From the NCBI GenBank assembly GCA_040220235.1, contig JAVJTO010000157.1: DNA of 64,000 bases; one strand, 5' to 3'. Under the pieces are notes generated by a model. That model was not told where the DNA came from and ran no database searches. It saw only the letters and a program-made list of their open reading frames with translations. Shown in pieces: positions 61,015 to 64,000 of the stretch; position 1 is the first letter of the stretch, and each line of letters opens with the position of its first letter. This DNA comes from Coleofasciculus sp. B1-GNL1-01 (GTDB lineage: Bacteria > Cyanobacteriota > Cyanobacteriia > Cyanobacteriales > Coleofasciculaceae). Position numbers and translations under genes: made by a program.

Positions 61015-64000
61015 CTGTTCGCTGTAACTCTGTCCACTAGAGTTCTCCCGTTTGCGCTCCGTGAAGAAGCTTAACAATCCCACAACCTCTCCCAATTGAT
61101 TCAAAATCGGCGCACCGCTAATCCCCCCCTGAAGCGGAATACTCACCTCTAGCACCCGCTCAGTGCAAAGTTGACTCGGTCGGATACGGTTGACCAAGCC
61201 AACATTACAGTAGAGATTTTCTTCAAACCCACCCTCCCCAGGCGCCGGAAAACCAACGGTCAAAATCCGCTCCCCAACCTCAACGAGTTCCGAAAAGCCT
61301 AACCGTAATGGAGTAACAGGAGTAGACTCAGGTCGCAAGCACAGGATTGCCACATCGTCCGCGCCCCAAGTCGGTAAATAGATTTCTGTTACCTGGAGAC
61401 GACCTTCCTTGGTAATTACGCTGACCGCTTCCGGTAAAATGCATTGTCCTGTGGACTGGTTTACGACAACGTGACGGTTGGTCGCCACTGCATCGGGACT
61501 AATAACAAAGCCACTACCACTGCCAGCAAATCCGCCTACATTCACCTGTATCCAAACCACGGAGGAGGCATAAATCCGCACCGAATGATTGAGGCTCTCA
61601 AAGTCGGGACTGTGAGAGCCAAGCATTGGGGCGTGGTCTAAAAACAATGCGCTATAAGCCTCTCGTTGGCGGGAACGAGCCAAAATTTCCAAACCGAGTT
61701 CGACCTGGGATGGAGATAGGGGAGCCTCAATCCGATGAAAATGAGTAATGGCTTCTGAATAGCGGTTAAGACGGAGGAAATGTTGAGCCAGTTCTTCAGC
61801 ATTTCCCTCAGGGTTAATCGGAAGGTTCTCAATGGCACTCAACCATCTCCTGTAAGTCGCCGCCACGTCTGTCACCTCTTGGGCGGCTGAGCGGGTGCGC
61901 TCAAGCAGGCTAGTGCCTTCCTCGATTAATTGCTCCACTTGCTGTGAGACTTGTGTAGAACGCCAATCGAGCGACCCATAACCCTCCAACCAAGTCCGGC
62001 TACTCCGGCTCAAGCTGTCCCATCGATCCTGGGCTAACCGTGCCTTCATCTCTAATTCGTCGCGGTTGCGGTAGACCTCAAACAACCTGTCATTGTCTGT
62101 CGGAGTCGGCAAATACCGCTCTCGGTGACGTTCATAGTAGTGCAATCGCTGTTGCAAACCGGCTGAGAGTTCCAGAATATTGATCCGTTGGGTCTCTTGC
62201 AGCATCTGTGTGAGGTTCCTCGCCAGTTTCTCTAACCCTGTCAGGTGTCCTTGATGAGTCTGAGAGTCTCGGAATCTGGCTTGCAGCGAAGCCGCTTGAG
62301 CCGGCGTCAGTAGGTGCGAGTCGGAGATAGTGATGCTGCATTGTTTTCCCGTTCCAGCATCGCGAGCGGTCACAGTCAGAAGGCAATTGCTATCGATATC
62401 AAAAGTGACATCGATTTGGGGAATTCTAGCTTGGGCGGGAAGTATTCCTTGCAGAATAAATTGTCCGATCTTAAAATTTTCCTCAGGAACAGAGGATTCT
62501 CCCTGAAAGATCTGAATTCTAACGTTGGTCTGATTGTCCTCAACTGTAGTATAGCGTCGTGTTGTTTGAGTCGGGATGGTCGTGTGCTTGGGGATTAAGG
62601 AATCAAACTTGAACTGACCCGGTGCTACATAGGATTTAATCCCCAGACTGAACGGAACAGCATCCAACAAGATAGCATCCTGTAGTGAACCCATCAGGAT
62701 CGCCGCTTGCAGAGCCGCTCCACGGGCAACGGCTGTTAGCGGATCTAAATCCGAGTTAGGGTCTTGGGCAAACACATCCCCAATACACTCACGAACCGCA
62801 GGCATCATCGCTCCACCGCCGATGAGAAGTATCCGACTCGGTTGGCGATTAATCTTTTGGCAGGTTGTCCGAATGCGATCCAGCCAAGGTGCAGCTAGGC
62901 GTTCGAGTTCGTCTCGTGTCAGTTCCAGGGTGATCGGGCTACCGTTAATCAAATCGGGTAGCTCAATTGTCCAAGCGCTGCGGGAGGACAGTTCAATCTT
63001 GAGTTCTTCGCCAGCCTGACGCAGACGGGTGACGGTGCGGCGATCGCCGTTTATATCCTGCCCGGTTTCAGCTTTAATCACCTCTAGAAAATGAGCATAC
63101 AACACATCATCTAAATCAGCACTGCCAAGTGCATTATCTCCCTCGATTTCCAGTACCTCAAAGACGCTTTCCTCGACTTCAATAATGGAAAGATCAAAGG
63201 TTCCTGCTCCCAAGTCAGCGACTAAAATCGTTTCATTGATAGAAGAGCGGGTACGCTGGGCAAGGCAAGCCGCCGTTGGTTCGTGAATTAAGCGCAGGAT
63301 GTTGATATCCGCCAGCACTCCGGCAGTCTTTGTCGCTTGTTTCTGGGCATCATTGAAGTAAGCCGGTACTGTAATCACAGCATTGGCTAAAGGAATGGTG
63401 GGGGGATGTTGATCGAGGTAGGTTATTACCCAGTCCTCTGGCACAGATGTTCCGATCACCTGAGCCGCCATTCGGGAAATTTTCTCACCAATCTTTTTGT
63501 GCAGATACTCCCTCGCTAATTCACGGGCGTGGTTAATAATCCGCGCTGAAATTTCTTCAGGACGGTATACCTGACCCCCGGCTTTGAATTTGGTGTCCGT
63601 TCCCATCTGCCGTTTAGCTTGAGTGACAATGGCGCGAGGTGATTTCCCCAGCAGCTCGGATATCGGCACACCAACCCGTTCCCGCCCCACTTGATCGATC
63701 GCAAACACGGACGGAATCTGCCGTCGCCCCTGCCATTCGACAACCTCTGGCTCTCCTTGCTTTTGGTTATACAGACAAACCACACTGTTACTGGTACCCA
63801 GGTCAAGCGCGATCGCATCAATGTAGTCTGCCAGAATCTCCTGAGTCGCGGCTTGCACCCATCGATCCGCTTGCTCTTCAAATCGACGCCTATCTAACGC
63901 CTCAATGCTGGGCAACTCTGTAGCAACCAGGTCTAGCCATTTGCCACTCACCAACCCTTGCTCTCCTAGGTCTTTCAGGCGTCGTAGTAAACGCGCTTTT
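60955..64000 (-). CDS. Hsp70-family protein fused to a C-terminal trypsin-like serine protease; 5' end lies outside the window
   Basis: [38 protein letters not shown]; protease TNRHVV / DDVAIL / GISGAP; frame open to 64000. Confidence 0.88.
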   Translation of the reverse strand, partial: KARLLRRLKDLGEQGLVSGKWLDLVATELPSIEALDRRRFEEQADRWVQAATQEILADYIDAIALDLGTSNSVVCLYNQKQGEPEVVEWQGRRQIPSVFAIDQVGRERVGVPISELLGKSPRAIVTQAKRQMGTDTKFKAGGQVYRPEEISARIINHARELAREYLHKKIGEKISRMAAQVIGTSVPEDWVITYLDQHPPTIPLANAVITVPAYFNDAQKQATKTAGVLADINILRLIHEPTAACLAQRTRSSINETILVADLGAGTFDLSIIEVEESVFEVLEIEGDNALGSADLDDVLYAHFLEVIKAETGQDINGDRRTVTRLRQAGEELKIELSSRSAWTIELPDLINGSPITLELTRDELERLAAPWLDRIRTTCQKINRQPSRILLIGGGAMMPAVRECIGDVFAQDPNSDLDPLTAVARGAALQAAILMGSLQDAILLDAVPFSLGIKSYVAPGQFKFDSLIPKHTTIPTQTTRRYTTVEDNQTNVRIQIFQGESSVPEENFKIGQFILQGILPAQARIPQIDVTFDIDSNCLLTVTARDAGTGKQCSITISDSHLLTPAQAASLQARFRDSQTHQGHLTGLEKLARNLTQMLQETQRINILELSAGLQQRLHYYERHRERYLPTPTDNDRLFEVYRNRDELEMKARLAQDRWDSLSRSSRTWLEGYGSLDWRSTQVSQQVEQLIEEGTSLLERTRSAAQEVTDVAATYRRWLSAIENLPINPEGNAEELAQHFLRLNRYSEAITHFHRIEAPLSPSQVELGLEILARSRQREAYSALFLDHAPMLGSHSPDFESLNHSVRIYASSVVWIQVNVGGFAGSGSGFVISPDAVATNRHVVVNQSTGQCILPEAVSVITKEGRLQVTEIYLPTWGADDVAILCLRPESTPVTPLRLGFSELVEVGERILTVGFPAPGEGGFEENLYCNVGLVNRIRPSQLCTERVLEVSIPLQGGISGAPILNQLGEVVGLLSFFTERKRENSSGQSYSEQSFYAIPVEVLRRLRGNVQG

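Noticed and set aside
1..64000. Frequent GCGATCGC octamers
   Set aside because: Ordinary cyanobacterial HIP1 sites, useful only as a taxonomic clue.

Overview
Chromosomal window from a filamentous cyanobacterium, probably Oscillatoriales/Coleofasciculus-like. That inference rests on abundant HIP1 GCGATCGC octamers, STRR heptamer tracts, PEP-CTERM genes, flv3, GUN4 and a CyaB-type cyclase. Most of the window is housekeeping, signalling and surface genes: recJ, rsmG, an RRM protein, rpiA, glgX, coaX, flv3, surE, argB, a four-gene two-component cluster, three PEP-CTERM proteins and S8/S9/rhomboid peptidases. Intergenic DNA is crowded with GTAG-type palindromes, TA-targeting MITE-like elements (some nested) and short tandem repeats. 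I recognised no rRNA, tRNA, CRISPR array, cas gene, integrase or transposase. The main leads are: (1) a 1.9-kb cassette with a 2TM protein and an HTH/TRADD-N-like/pentapeptide protein, bracketed by a duplicated 5' end of an SDR gene; (2) an XRE switch with a paired operator and a sigma70 promoter driving a ~255-nt multi-stem leader RNA and an unknown protein; (3) an Hsp70 fused to an intact trypsin-like protease, running off the window end; (4) an inverted-repeat family with a fixed-length but variable 38-nt core, one copy translated in frame inside recJ; (5) a TRAAG-N6-TRAAG motif upstream of all three PEP-CTERM genes; (6) a candidate sRNA or 19-aa ORF upstream of flv3. All family assignments come from recognising motifs by eye; no searches were run.
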